Shown: in pieces, positions 27,984 through 37,731 of the stretch
How the letters are laid out: the number at the start of each line of letters is the position of its first letter
Position numbering within the stretch: position 1 is the first letter of the stretch
From: an uncultured Monoglobus sp.
GTDB taxonomy: Bacteria; Bacillota; Clostridia; Monoglobales; Monoglobaceae
NCBI GenBank assembly: GCA_947624775.1
Contig: CANQLT010000001.1
Coordinates: 2,184 to 66,183, forward strand
Direction of reading: 5' to 3'
Length of the DNA: 64,000 nucleotides
Position numbers and translations under genes: made by a program
Notes under the pieces: model-generated
Databases searched by the model: none
What the model was told of the DNA's origin: nothing
Seen by the model: only the letters and a program-made list of their open reading frames with translations

Positions 27984-28817
27984 TTATTGTTGCGGAGGCT
28001 GACCGGCTCCACCATCTTGAGGAGGCTGACCGGCCGCACCGCCTTGCTGCGGAGGTGCGCCATAACCGCCGCCCTGAGGGGGAGGTCCGCCATAGCCGCC
28101 ACCCTGAGGCGGAGGCGGCGGAGGTCCTCCGGGACCACCCATACCAACATTAATTTCAACAATTTGCATCTGCGGATTATATGTAACGTATGCGTTTTTC
28201 AGGAACAACGCCACGTCTCTTGAATAGATATACACCTTATCGCCATTTCTGAACGGCTCTGTTGTAATCGAAACGCTTGTCTCGGTTCCGACGGTCTGAT
28301 CTTCCAGATTTACTTTTGTGGAGCCGATCTCAAGCGTGGAGATCTCCGTCGGGGCGATAATTTTAATTGTGTCGCCGTCTATAACACAATCATAATTAAC
28401 AGCCTTCGCAAAATCATCGACAGGCAAAAAGGTTTTTCCGTCTTCCTGAATAACATCAAAGGTTACAGTCTGTCCGTTCAGTAAAACACTTCCCGGCGTC
28501 GCGTTCATCGGCGGCGGCGGTGGCGGCATCATGCCCATCTGATTGTTGTTGCGCATCAAAAACAATACTGCCATAACCGCTACAATAACCACAACTCCCG
28601 CCGCGATAGCAATCGGCACCGCAAGACTCTTTTTCTTTTCCTGAACAAAATACCCGGAGCCCGGATATGCCGAATTGGGATATCCGGAATTGGGATATCC
28701 GGAATTGGGATATGCCGAATTGGGATATCCGGTATTTGGCGTCTGCTGCGGGCTTTGAACCGGTTCTTCGATCGCCTGAGTCATTGGCGGAACATTTTTA
28801 TTCTTTTTCTTAGCCAT
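27984..28817 (-). CDS. Single-pass membrane protein: YPNS repeats / TM / CuAO-N-like stalk domain / Pro-Gly-rich tail
   Basis: (G/A)YPNS x5, TM VPIAIAAGVVVIVAVMAVLFL, PPPPPP, GKTFLPVDDFAKAVNYD, and a C-terminal GGPGGPPPPPPQGGGYGGPPPQ... Confidence 0.65.
   Translation of the reverse strand: MAKKKNKNVPPMTQAIEEPVQSPQQTPNTGYPNSAYPNSGYPNSGYPNSAYPGSGYFVQEKKKSLAVPIAIAAGVVVIVAVMAVLFLMRNNNQMGMMPPPPPPMNATPGSVLLNGQTVTFDVIQEDGKTFLPVDDFAKAVNYDCVIDGDTIKIIAPTEISTLEIGSTKVNLEDQTVGTETSVSITTEPFRNGDKVYIYSRDVALFLKNAYVTYNPQMQIVEINVGMGGPGGPPPPPPQGGGYGGPPPQGGGYGAPPQQGGAAGQPPQDGGAGQPPQQ
28665..28739. repeat. 15-bp tandem repeat x5 (coding, YPNSG/A)
   Basis: atatgccgaattggg / atatccggaattggg units read directly from the sequence. 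Confidence 0.85.
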
Positions 28818-28833
28818 ATTCTCCTCCTTTTAA

Positions 28834-29574
28834 TTATTTAAAATTTCTAACCTCAAACATATTCTTTGCTGACGCGATGTAAAATCTTTCGCCGCTGCCC
28901 AAAACCGCGGGCGAGCCGGGCGTGATTCTTCGACCGTTTTCCTTGAATGTTCCACAGGTGGAATTTCTGTCATTCACGACAAACATACGCGAAGAAGGAT
29001 TATAAGTTACAAGGCAGTGGGATCTGCTTATGCCTGCTTCCGATGACGGAAAAACAATTCCGCAGGTCTGTGAGTCGCGGCCGATTAAAACGCCGCCGCT
29101 GCCGACCGGATAAGTTTTTCCGGCGTTTACACCACCAAGACATATTATTTGCTGTTTCGCGCTGTCACGCGCCTCACTGGTGTTAACCACATATGTATGG
29201 GCAAGCATATCATGAAGGGTTTGTTTTTTATCGCTAAAGAACGCCAGAAGATATCCGATTCCTAAAGTAATCGCGCTCAGTATTTTACCCAAATATCTGA
29301 GCATTGAAGTGCTGTAGTTTATTCCTCTGCCGTATTCATCAACAATTGTCAGTCCCAATATATGTTTTCCTATTGTCGCGTGCCACGGACCGCCCTCAAA
29401 ACCAACATAATACGCCAGATTTATCAAAATCAATATCAGGTACCATATTGGTCCAAGCACGCCAATAGTGCGCACAATAAGCAGATATGTAAGAAGATAT
29501 TCAACCACAAACAATATGATTCGATCAATTATCATTGCCAAAAAGCGAATACCAATATCCGCGTAGCCTTTCAC
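28834..29574 (-). CDS. RDD-family membrane module + FHA domain protein
   Basis: GIRFLAMIIDRIILF...ATIGKHILGL (RDD). C-terminal FHA: LIGRDSQTC...GISRSHC...STCGTF. Confidence 0.8.
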   Translation of the reverse strand: MKGYADIGIRFLAMIIDRIILFVVEYLLTYLLIVRTIGVLGPIWYLILILINLAYYVGFEGGPWHATIGKHILGLTIVDEYGRGINYSTSMLRYLGKILSAITLGIGYLLAFFSDKKQTLHDMLAHTYVVNTSEARDSAKQQIICLGGVNAGKTYPVGSGGVLIGRDSQTCGIVFPSSEAGISRSHCLVTYNPSSRMFVVNDRNSTCGTFKENGRRITPGSPAVLGSGERFYIASAKNMFEVRNFK

Positions 29575-29589
29575 CTAAATCACCTCCGT

Positions 29590-31014
29590 CTATTTGAAAT
29601 AAATTTTACTGTTTGTAATTCTGTCATGCATAGGTTTATCTCCGTTAATCAGCATAGAGATGCTGCCGGGAAATTTCAGGATGTTTCGTTGAAGTGTTTT
29701 AAGCGCGGATATACGCCTTCCGTATATGTCGCCGACGTATATGCCGCACACACACTTTCCCGGGGTTGCCTTGAGCGGTGAAATCTCAAACAAACAGTCC
29801 ATGACAAACACAAACAATGGAAAAGCCGCCACACAAACAATCCCCGCCGCTAAACTTATAATTTTGCCGAAATACAGCAGTGTTGCAGCTATAATGAAGT
29901 AAAGCAACCCATAGATGACCAGATCAATCGAGGCTGCGAGCCATCGCTGCTTAGTGATTTTGCTCATTGGAGCTTTGTGTTGTTTGCTGATATTTTTTGG
30001 TTTCGGCGCTTTTACCGGGGGTTTAGGAACAGGTTCAACTATTATCGAAGCCGAAGGCTCGTATATGTATTTATACATTTGGTCAACATTTTCAAACCTG
30101 TTTCTGATTTGCACTGCCATCGCCTTGTCCACAGCCTCGGTCAGTCTCCTGGGTAAATCCGACCTTATCTTTCTAATCGGGACAAGTGTATCATTTGTGA
30201 TCCTGTCAATCGACTGAATCGGCGGCTTACCGGCAAGCAAATGATAAAATGTGGCCCCAAGACTGTAAATGTCGCTGTAGGCTCCTTGTTTCACTGAGGT
30301 TCCATACTGTTCAACGGGAGCGTAACCCGCTTTGACAATCATAGACAAATTCCTTTCGTTTTGCTCAATTTCATATCTTGCAGAACCAAAATCAAGAATT
30401 TTTATGTGATTGTTTTTGGTAATATAAATATTATCCGGAGCGATGTCGCGATGCAGTATACCATGACTGTGTATTACTTTAAGAGCTTCGAGCATCTGCC
30501 GCATATATCTCATGGCCTCATCAGCTGTCAAAGTTCGCGTAAAACCTTTTGTGTATCTTCTGAAATCAACACCGTCGCAATACTCCATGACATAATACGC
30601 CGTGCCATTTGCAGCAAAAGAGTCATACACATTTACTATGCTCTGATGATTAAATTGCTTTAATATCTCGGCTTCCTCGCGGAACCGTTTTATGCCGTAC
30701 TGAAACAAGCCGACTTTTTCCGCCAAAACTTGTATATGTGATCTTCCGTTGCCTCGATAAACCGCTTTATTGGGCATGAATTCCTTTACGGCGCAAATTC
30801 CGCCGACAGAGATATCAAAACACTTGTATGTTATTCCGAAACCTCCGATTCCCAAAGGCAAACCCACTATGTAATTCTGATACAGCAGTGTGCCCGGCGC
30901 CAGGCAATTGCCGCGCGGCTTGTACGCCGCCATGGAAAAACCGCACTTTGAGCATTTAACTTCGTTTGGTTTTTTCTCACAAAAGCAATTCAAACACAAA
31001 TTGTTATACTGCAT
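29590..31014 (-). CDS. Ser/Thr protein kinase (zinc ribbon / Hanks kinase / C-terminal RDD membrane module)
   Basis: CLNC...CSKCG, GGFGITY, AVKEF, HRDIAPDN, DFGSA and APVEQ motifs. C-terminus WLAASIDLVIYGLL...TPGKCVCG (RDD). Confidence 0.9.
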   Translation of the reverse strand: MQYNNLCLNCFCEKKPNEVKCSKCGFSMAAYKPRGNCLAPGTLLYQNYIVGLPLGIGGFGITYKCFDISVGGICAVKEFMPNKAVYRGNGRSHIQVLAEKVGLFQYGIKRFREEAEILKQFNHQSIVNVYDSFAANGTAYYVMEYCDGVDFRRYTKGFTRTLTADEAMRYMRQMLEALKVIHSHGILHRDIAPDNIYITKNNHIKILDFGSARYEIEQNERNLSMIVKAGYAPVEQYGTSVKQGAYSDIYSLGATFYHLLAGKPPIQSIDRITNDTLVPIRKIRSDLPRRLTEAVDKAMAVQIRNRFENVDQMYKYIYEPSASIIVEPVPKPPVKAPKPKNISKQHKAPMSKITKQRWLAASIDLVIYGLLYFIIAATLLYFGKIISLAAGIVCVAAFPLFVFVMDCLFEISPLKATPGKCVCGIYVGDIYGRRISALKTLQRNILKFPGSISMLINGDKPMHDRITNSKIYFK

Positions 31015-31043
31015 TTCCGCAACACCTCATCCTTGCATCGCAA

Positions 31044-32312
31044 TTAATATCTGATTTCAAACATATTTTCGGGCGCAGCAAGATAAAACTTATCGCCTGA
31101 TTTAAGCACCTGCGGCGAATTAGCGGCCAGTTTGCTGCCGTTAACAAATGTTCCGTAGCTTGAGCCGAGGTCCGTAATGGTGCAGACCTTTCCGTCAAAC
31201 GAGATTTCACAATGTCTCGCGCTTATACCCTTGGAATTAACAGGAAATGCGATATTGCATTTTGATGAATCGCGGCCGATCCTGCTTGTTCCGTTTACGG
31301 CAAATGTTTTGCCGTTTAAATAACCGTTCATCGCGACCAATCTCGCCTGTTTTGGCGACGGGCTCGGAGCAGTCTTGGGTGGTGCGGTACCCCCTGCGGT
31401 TCCTGCCGTGGTTCCTGTTACCAAGGGATATGTTGCTCCGGTGGGCTGAGTTCCGCCCTCTCCGCCTTTGCCGCCTTTATTCTTGCGAACCATAACCAGC
31501 ACAACGATCAATATCGCTATCAATACGAGAGCCGCAGCCAAAATCGCGATAAGCAGCGGACTAATATTAGATGATGTCGCAACTGTAATCGGAATCGTGT
31601 TGGTGTCTATCGAGCCGATAAGCTCGTCGATAGCTATCGCGTAACTGGGCGCAATTGTTACGTCTGCCATATTAATTCCGAATGATGATATGCCGACAAC
31701 CTGGCCCTTTGAATTAACTACCGGACCTCCCGAGTTTCCGTTTTCAATAGTCATATCAAGAAGATATACTTCCTCGCTGTTGATTCTGTCGGCCTTTTTA
31801 ATTCCTCCGCGCGTAACAACGATATCCGAAACGTCAAATTTTGCATAGTCGGTGTTCTCCGAACCGATATTGGGATAACCCAGAGCAGCAAAATCATCGC
31901 TGAGATCTATGGCGTCGGCCGGGCATAAAGTCAAAGCCTCTCTCATGGTTGTGGGTTCGGGTAATTTCAGGACCGCAATGTCCTTTTCCTCATTGTAATA
32001 ATACACGTTTGCCACCATAAAGTTATTGGCGGCCGCCGAAAAATAAACATAAGCGGTATCGGGTGTATAGCCCTTCCACTCCTCGACCACATGATTGTTG
32101 GTTACGATAAACTGCACCGGCTCACCCGGCTTTCCGATGGCAAAACCGGAACCCTGCGATGTTTGACTGTTGTTTACAACGCATACAACTCCGTTCTTGG
32201 CGCTTGTGATATCCGTTACCTCAGCGGATACAGTCATTGTCACAAATGACATAACAATCATCGCGATAAGACAAACGCTAAGTATTCTTGATACCGTTTT
32301 CAAATTTCTCAT
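31044..32312 (-). CDS. Trypsin-like serine protease (intact triad) / TM / FHA-domain protein
   Basis: Signal peptide, TNNHVV (His), EKDIAVLKL (Asp), GNSGGPV (Ser), TM LLIAILAAALVLIAILIVVLVMV. FHA: RIGRDSSKC...GISARHC...SSYGTFVNG. Confidence 0.85.
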   Translation of the reverse strand: MRNLKTVSRILSVCLIAMIVMSFVTMTVSAEVTDITSAKNGVVCVVNNSQTSQGSGFAIGKPGEPVQFIVTNNHVVEEWKGYTPDTAYVYFSAAANNFMVANVYYYNEEKDIAVLKLPEPTTMREALTLCPADAIDLSDDFAALGYPNIGSENTDYAKFDVSDIVVTRGGIKKADRINSEEVYLLDMTIENGNSGGPVVNSKGQVVGISSFGINMADVTIAPSYAIAIDELIGSIDTNTIPITVATSSNISPLLIAILAAALVLIAILIVVLVMVRKNKGGKGGEGGTQPTGATYPLVTGTTAGTAGGTAPPKTAPSPSPKQARLVAMNGYLNGKTFAVNGTSRIGRDSSKCNIAFPVNSKGISARHCEISFDGKVCTITDLGSSYGTFVNGSKLAANSPQVLKSGDKFYLAAPENMFEIRY

Positions 32313-32355
32313 TTTGATCTTCCTTCCTTTGTTTTTATTTTAATTTATTTTTTTC

Positions 32356-33261
32356 TTAATTTATTCTGCCGCAGTGTATAAGCATAGCGGTAAGATTGTC
32401 CTGTCCCGGGAGCGATGCCCGCAGGACAGCGTCCGCGATCATTTCGACAGCTTTTTGAGGAGCGGCTGACAAGATAATATCTTTCAGGTGCTCGGATGAG
32501 ACCGCGTTATATACTCCGTCTGAACACAGCATAAATGTGTCTCCCGGAATAATATCAAACTCATGCTTTGAATAATCCACAAGCGAAAGCTCTTCCTTTC
32601 CGACAAACGCTGTAAGGCTTGCTTTCTGCGGATCGGTTCGCGCGTCCTCGATGGTATTTTCGTCTTTGAGAACACCTCGAAGCATCGTGTTCATATAATC
32701 ATGATCCTCGTTTATCTGATAGATTCCGTTATTTCGTATGACATACAATCTGCTGTCGCCCACACATGCCCAGCTTAATTTGTTTTTATAAATATGAATA
32801 ACAATTGCTGTGGCTCCCGCGGTGCTTCTTGCCCCGTCAGCAAATTTTTCGCTGATGGTTTTGTTTATCGCGAGAATAATATTCGCCAGCTGCATTCCCA
32901 TATTTGCCGAGGGCGTCAGTTCGGAGGTCAAGGAAATCGCATTACTCACCACATATTCCGAAACAGCCTTGCCGTTGCTCAGGCCGCCCATTCCATCCGA
33001 TAAAACGGCCGTTATGCCGCGGCTGCTGACTATATCGCCATTTGTGATATTTGAATATCCGAAAGAATCCTCCTGATAAGGACGAGCTCCCTGATCCTGG
33101 GCGTTGCCCATCCTTATGCGCATGGCATGATTCTCATCAAACTTCAAATCAACGTAATTATCCTCAAAACCCGTCTCAGTCACAGGCTCGGGCGGCTGCT
33201 CTCGATTTTTGCCGCTTTTACTGTCGTGCGAGAAAATACTGCTTATATTTTTCAATGTCAT
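32356..33261 (-). CDS. PP2C-family Ser/Thr phosphatase (PP2C-2)
   Basis: GARPYQEDS, SDGMGG, VGDSR and CSDGVY motifs. Has a ~50-aa N-terminal extension. Confidence 0.85.
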   Translation of the reverse strand: MTLKNISSIFSHDSKSGKNREQPPEPVTETGFEDNYVDLKFDENHAMRIRMGNAQDQGARPYQEDSFGYSNITNGDIVSSRGITAVLSDGMGGLSNGKAVSEYVVSNAISLTSELTPSANMGMQLANIILAINKTISEKFADGARSTAGATAIVIHIYKNKLSWACVGDSRLYVIRNNGIYQINEDHDYMNTMLRGVLKDENTIEDARTDPQKASLTAFVGKEELSLVDYSKHEFDIIPGDTFMLCSDGVYNAVSSEHLKDIILSAAPQKAVEMIADAVLRASLPGQDNLTAMLIHCGRIN

Positions 33262-33299
33262 ACCCCATTTCTGAAAATATTATGTATTCCGGCGGCAGC

Positions 33300-34676
33300 T
33301 TACTGCATGGGCGGCTGACCCATCGGAGGCGGTCCTCCCTGTCCCATCGGCGGCGGTCCCGGAGGCGGTCCCATTGGCGGCGGACCCGGGTTCATAGCTT
33401 TGAATATCAGAACCATAACAAGTATTATGATAATCACAGCACCGGCTACAAGAGCAATTGCAAGCAAATTCTTTTTATGCTTTTCCTCCGAATCCTCAAC
33501 CAAAACAGACGGCGGAAAGCCGGAGGGAGCGTAACCCGAGTTGGGAAAACTTGACGGACCGTAGCCCGAATTGGGAAATCCGGACGGCGGTATTGGCTGA
33601 TTGCCGATTACGGTCTCGAAAGGCTGGGAACCCAAATGGGTTTCTTCTCCGCCAACCTTCGACTGTATAACATTATCAAAAGATTTAAACGCCGGACGCA
33701 TAACAGGAAGCTTTTTCAGCTCCTGCTGAACCTCGTAGCTGCTCTTGTATCTGTTTTGATATTCGAGCTGCATACATTTGTTGAGTATGTTTCTAAACTG
33801 CTCCGAAACCCCCAGCTCCGCGGCGCTCTTGATCTCATACTCCTTGTTTTCTATGCGGCTCATTGCGTCATCGGGAATCGCTCCCGTGAGAGCGTAATAA
33901 ACCGTGGCACCCAACGAGTAAATATCCGTCCACATACCGTGTTTTCCGTTTTTCTGATACTGCTCGATCGGTGCGAATCCACGCTTTAAGATAACCGAAA
34001 GGCTCTGAGACTCCTCGCCTACAAACTGCTTCGCGGCACCAAAGTCTATTAGCTTTGCGGTATTGTTTTTGCACACGAAAATATTATCGGGAGAAATGTC
34101 CCTGTGTATGGTTCCGGTACTGTGGATAACAATAAGAGCCTTGCAGATGTTTTCCATAATAGAAACAGCTTCGCCTTCAGTGATCCTTCCTCCGCATTTC
34201 TTTACATAATGCTTTAAATCAACACCGTTTAAGTATTCCATGGAATAATAGGCCGTGTTGTTCTCGTAAAAGAATTCATACACGGTGGCGACATTGGGAG
34301 CGTCATTAAATGTGGAAATTATTTTTGCTTCCTCGTAGAACCTGTTCGCGCCTTTCTGGAACAGATTCTCTTTATCAGAGGAAAGCACCGTTATCTTGCT
34401 TTCTCCCTCATTTCTGTGCGCTATGCCTATCGGATAGTATTCCTTAATAGCGACTACACTGTTGTTTTTGATGGAAAACGCCAGATATGTGGCTCCAAAC
34501 CCGCCGCGTCCGATTGTTCTTCCAATAACATATTTGCCCGCAAGAACGGTTCCCGGCATTAAAAGTCCGGGCTCGGTCTTATATTTTGCGGGTGTCAGAT
34601 GACAATGCGGACACTCGGTATTGGGAGCGATCTGCTCAAAACAGTAATCACAATAATGCCTGCCGTTATAATCCAT
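33300..34676 (-). CDS. Ser/Thr protein kinase (zinc ribbon / Hanks kinase / FPNSGY repeats / TM / polyproline tail)
   Basis: CDYC...CPHC, GGFGATY, AIKEYYP, HRDISPDN, DFGAA and APIEQ motifs. TM LLAIALVAGAVIIIILVMVLIF. C-terminal PGPPPMGPPPGPPPMG. Confidence 0.9.
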   Translation of the reverse strand: MDYNGRHYCDYCFEQIAPNTECPHCHLTPAKYKTEPGLLMPGTVLAGKYVIGRTIGRGGFGATYLAFSIKNNSVVAIKEYYPIGIAHRNEGESKITVLSSDKENLFQKGANRFYEEAKIISTFNDAPNVATVYEFFYENNTAYYSMEYLNGVDLKHYVKKCGGRITEGEAVSIMENICKALIVIHSTGTIHRDISPDNIFVCKNNTAKLIDFGAAKQFVGEESQSLSVILKRGFAPIEQYQKNGKHGMWTDIYSLGATVYYALTGAIPDDAMSRIENKEYEIKSAAELGVSEQFRNILNKCMQLEYQNRYKSSYEVQQELKKLPVMRPAFKSFDNVIQSKVGGEETHLGSQPFETVIGNQPIPPSGFPNSGYGPSSFPNSGYAPSGFPPSVLVEDSEEKHKKNLLAIALVAGAVIIIILVMVLIFKAMNPGPPPMGPPPGPPPMGQGGPPPMGQPPMQ

Positions 34677-34695
34677 TATATTTCCTCCTTTTTGT

Positions 34696-35436
34696 TTATT
34701 TTTGAAGCCGCATAATGCACACGGCTGAATAATTGTCTTTCACTCGTTTATCGCTATGCTCTATAATATCAAGCATTTTGCGGTTCCAACTGCCCGCGTC
34801 AAATGACGCTTTCAATGTTGACTCCATCTCTTTTTCGGTCACGTTTTCCCAAAAACCGTCAGAGCAAATCAGAAACGCATCGTATTTTCTTATATCTTTT
34901 ATTAGCTTTACGCCGCAATAATTTATCTGCTCAATACCCAACGCAGATAAAAGCGTGTGTCTGTCAAGACAGTTCCTTATATCTTCAAAGCCTATTTCTC
35001 CGTGCTTATATTTTTTGAAAGCCAAACTGTGGTCAACGCTTATGCTGCAAATTTCTTTGTTTTTAAAAGAATATATCCGCGTGTCTCCGACGTTACACAA
35101 AAAGGCTTTTTTACCTTGTCTGAATATACCGGAAAAAGTGGTTTTCATTTGGGTCTCTTCGGTTTGTATTTTATTAACAGCGTCGTTCGCGCAGTCAATA
35201 ATTTTAAGCAGCGTTTTCTTATTTAGCTTGACACACTTTTCAAACTCGCCATCAACAGCGGCAACGGCCGCCTTTGAAGCGAGATCCCCGCCTCCGTGCG
35301 CCCCCAAACCGTCCGCAATGCAAAACAATTCCTTGTCGCTGTCGTATATCCGCGTAAAAACCGTATCCTCATTTATTGGTCTGTCGCCGATATCAGTGCT
35401 ATGTACCTCATCGGTAATCCAAAAATTTTTACTCAT
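34696..35436 (-). CDS. PP2C-family Ser/Thr phosphatase (PP2C-3)
   Basis: GDRPINEDT, DGLGAHGGGD, VGDTR and CSDGFW motifs. Its start overlaps the upstream stop (ATGA). Confidence 0.85.
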   Translation of the reverse strand: MSKNFWITDEVHSTDIGDRPINEDTVFTRIYDSDKELFCIADGLGAHGGGDLASKAAVAAVDGEFEKCVKLNKKTLLKIIDCANDAVNKIQTEETQMKTTFSGIFRQGKKAFLCNVGDTRIYSFKNKEICSISVDHSLAFKKYKHGEIGFEDIRNCLDRHTLLSALGIEQINYCGVKLIKDIRKYDAFLICSDGFWENVTEKEMESTLKASFDAGSWNRKMLDIIEHSDKRVKDNYSAVCIMRLQK

Positions 35437-36968
35437 TTTTTATCAACAACTGTCCGCCTTTTTTTCAAAAACAAAATAACCAAGGCAATCGCAATTACAT
35501 CGATCAAACCTGCAACGACTGTCACGATTGCGGCATTTCGTTTTGTCCAAAAGCTTTCACCGATCTGTTCGCCGCCTATATTGGGCATAGCCTCATCGGG
35601 CGTATTGTACAAAGTGTTAAACAGACGATAAAGCACTGTTGCTGCCTCGGCTCTCGAAATAGGACGCGACAAATCACCGCCTCTGAAAATTCTCTCTCTG
35701 TACGCCAGAGCTATTTCGTTTTTAGCCCAGCCACTCATTGTGTCAACACCTATGAAGTTCATATAACGATCCGGATCGGCAGGATAACTGTAACCCAGCT
35801 TGTCAGAGATGGTACGCGCCGCAAGAACAGCTACCTGCTCAACAGTGGCGTAAGTGTCGCCCCGAAACGTACCGTCCTCAAAACCTTCAACGATATTGCT
35901 GTTTTGAGAAGAGGCGACAAAGCGGTAAAACCTGCTTGAGCGCGGCACATCGGAAAACGTCGTTTTCGCGTCGTTGTCAATTGCAAAAAACATCCTCACC
36001 AACGCCTCGGTATAATCATATCTGGTAAGCGGCATATCAGGCTTGAACTCACCGTTTTCAGCGGTGAAATAATTCCTTGCCGTCATAAATCCTATTGCAA
36101 TTTTTTGTTCCTCATCAAGATTAGAAATGTCCGTTATGCTTACCGCCGTCTCACGAATATCATACTCTCCCGAGTAAACCGTGTCGAAATCCAGGGTTCT
36201 GTCAACGGCGTTGTACTGCCCTCCCCAGTTATCCGCCGCGTTGCCGTAAGCGGCATACACGCTCATATCCGCGTTTTCCGCCGGTAAAGATACTCTGACC
36301 GGCGCAGCAATTCGTTCAACAGTTTCTTGTTTTTGATTCTTAAATTCTATTTTATACTTATCCTCATTGGCATCTCTTTTAATATACGCTCCGAAGGGCA
36401 CACCACTCGACGAAAAGGCTGTCAAAGTACTTGAGCGAAGCGCAATTGAAACGTCCATTCTCTTTAATATTATTCTGAGATTGGTGTTTTCAGGTATGGC
36501 TCTCATCGATTCTGCCGGAACGATCAAGCTGATACCGTTATTAATCGAGGTTTTTTCACAAAAAACCATTAAATCAGAGAATATTTCCCGATTCAGAGTA
36601 ATATTCCGCTCTGAAAGGATCTCCTCAAAAGCGCGTTTTGTCTCAGTGCATAGATTAATTCCGTATCCGGTTATTCCGGGCTCTACAACAACTCCCGAGC
36701 TTCCGTCAATAAATATGCTGCCTTTAAGCCTGATAACATATTCAATATAATTTGTGATATCCTCTAAATCGCCGTCGGTAAGTGCGTCTTGTGAAATTCC
36801 CGAAAGCGCGCCGCTCAAATAGGCGACATAGTCTCCATTTTCGGCGGCCTCGCGATAATTAATGCTGAATTGCTTTGCGTCCGCCTTGATATCAAAGAAT
36901 TGCACGAGACTCAAAGCAATCAGAAACATCGCTGCGCATAATTTAAATCCTTTTTTCACCCGTCTCAT
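35433..36968 (-). CDS. Secreted protein with SLH-like repeats and a C-terminal TM anchor
   Basis: Signal peptide from MRRVKKGFKLCAAMFLIALSLVQFF (start set at ATG 36968; ORF-track start is 37043). FSDVPRSS...VEGFEDGTFRGD...TVEQVAVLAAR and SRAEAATVLYRLF are SLH-like. Confidence 0.6.
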   Translation of the reverse strand: MRRVKKGFKLCAAMFLIALSLVQFFDIKADAKQFSINYREAAENGDYVAYLSGALSGISQDALTDGDLEDITNYIEYVIRLKGSIFIDGSSGVVVEPGITGYGINLCTETKRAFEEILSERNITLNREIFSDLMVFCEKTSINNGISLIVPAESMRAIPENTNLRIILKRMDVSIALRSSTLTAFSSSGVPFGAYIKRDANEDKYKIEFKNQKQETVERIAAPVRVSLPAENADMSVYAAYGNAADNWGGQYNAVDRTLDFDTVYSGEYDIRETAVSITDISNLDEEQKIAIGFMTARNYFTAENGEFKPDMPLTRYDYTEALVRMFFAIDNDAKTTFSDVPRSSRFYRFVASSQNSNIVEGFEDGTFRGDTYATVEQVAVLAARTISDKLGYSYPADPDRYMNFIGVDTMSGWAKNEIALAYRERIFRGGDLSRPISRAEAATVLYRLFNTLYNTPDEAMPNIGGEQIGESFWTKRNAAIVTVVAGLIDVIAIALVILFLKKRRTVVDKK

Positions 36969-37725
36969 CTTCGGAACTGCAATTAGCACATTTCTTCTCT
37001 CCTTTTTCAAGCGGTCTGCCGCAATAAACGCAATAATTTTCATAGCTTTTTTGCATACCTTGCGGTATATATGACTGAAATATTACATTGCTGACTTTCC
37101 GTTTAAGTATATAGCTGCTTGTGTAAACGCTGTCAATGTGAATTATTGAAATATGTATCAAAAATCCTACCGCGCTAACCATGAGCCACAAGCATACAAA
37201 CACCGCGGTTCCGAGCGAATTGCCAAGCGCATACGACACCGCCCACAAAGAAACGGCAATCATGCCTCCGCCGCTCAAAGCGGTGGAAATCATGGACACA
37301 TAATCAGCAAAAAGATAAAGGTATAGCAGCATAATTATGCTTATGAGCAGACCAACTATAAACCCTTTTTCGCTGAACCCCGCGTTTGGGAATCCTGTCT
37401 TGCCGATTAAATAATACAGCGAAATCAGAAGTAATATGCCCGATATAATTATTTCTCTTGCAGTCTTAAAGCGATACGACACAATAGCGGCTGCAATTCC
37501 TACAATAACCGTGCCGGCCGCCGTTACAAGAGGCATGTCAAATTGTCTCAAAATTTCGAAAGCCATTACTGATCCCGCGTAAAATCCGCACGCAATAATT
37601 ATCAGCATATTTGATTTATAGCCTTTAAAGCACAATATACCGCCAATAATTATCGAAAACATCGCCGCGAACAAAATTATCAACTGTATGTGCAGGGCCG
37701 GAAGTAAGTTAAACATGTATACCAC
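36943..37725 (-). CDS. Multi-pass membrane protein with C-terminal zinc ribbon
   Basis: About 7 hydrophobic helices. Ends CVYCGRPLEKGEKKCANC. Confidence 0.6.
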   Translation of the reverse strand: MVYMFNLLPALHIQLIILFAAMFSIIIGGILCFKGYKSNMLIIIACGFYAGSVMAFEILRQFDMPLVTAAGTVIVGIAAAIVSYRFKTAREIIISGILLLISLYYLIGKTGFPNAGFSEKGFIVGLLISIIMLLYLYLFADYVSMISTALSGGGMIAVSLWAVSYALGNSLGTAVFVCLWLMVSAVGFLIHISIIHIDSVYTSSYILKRKVSNVIFQSYIPQGMQKSYENYCVYCGRPLEKGEKKCANCSSEDETGEKRI

Positions 37726-37731
37726 ACACCT

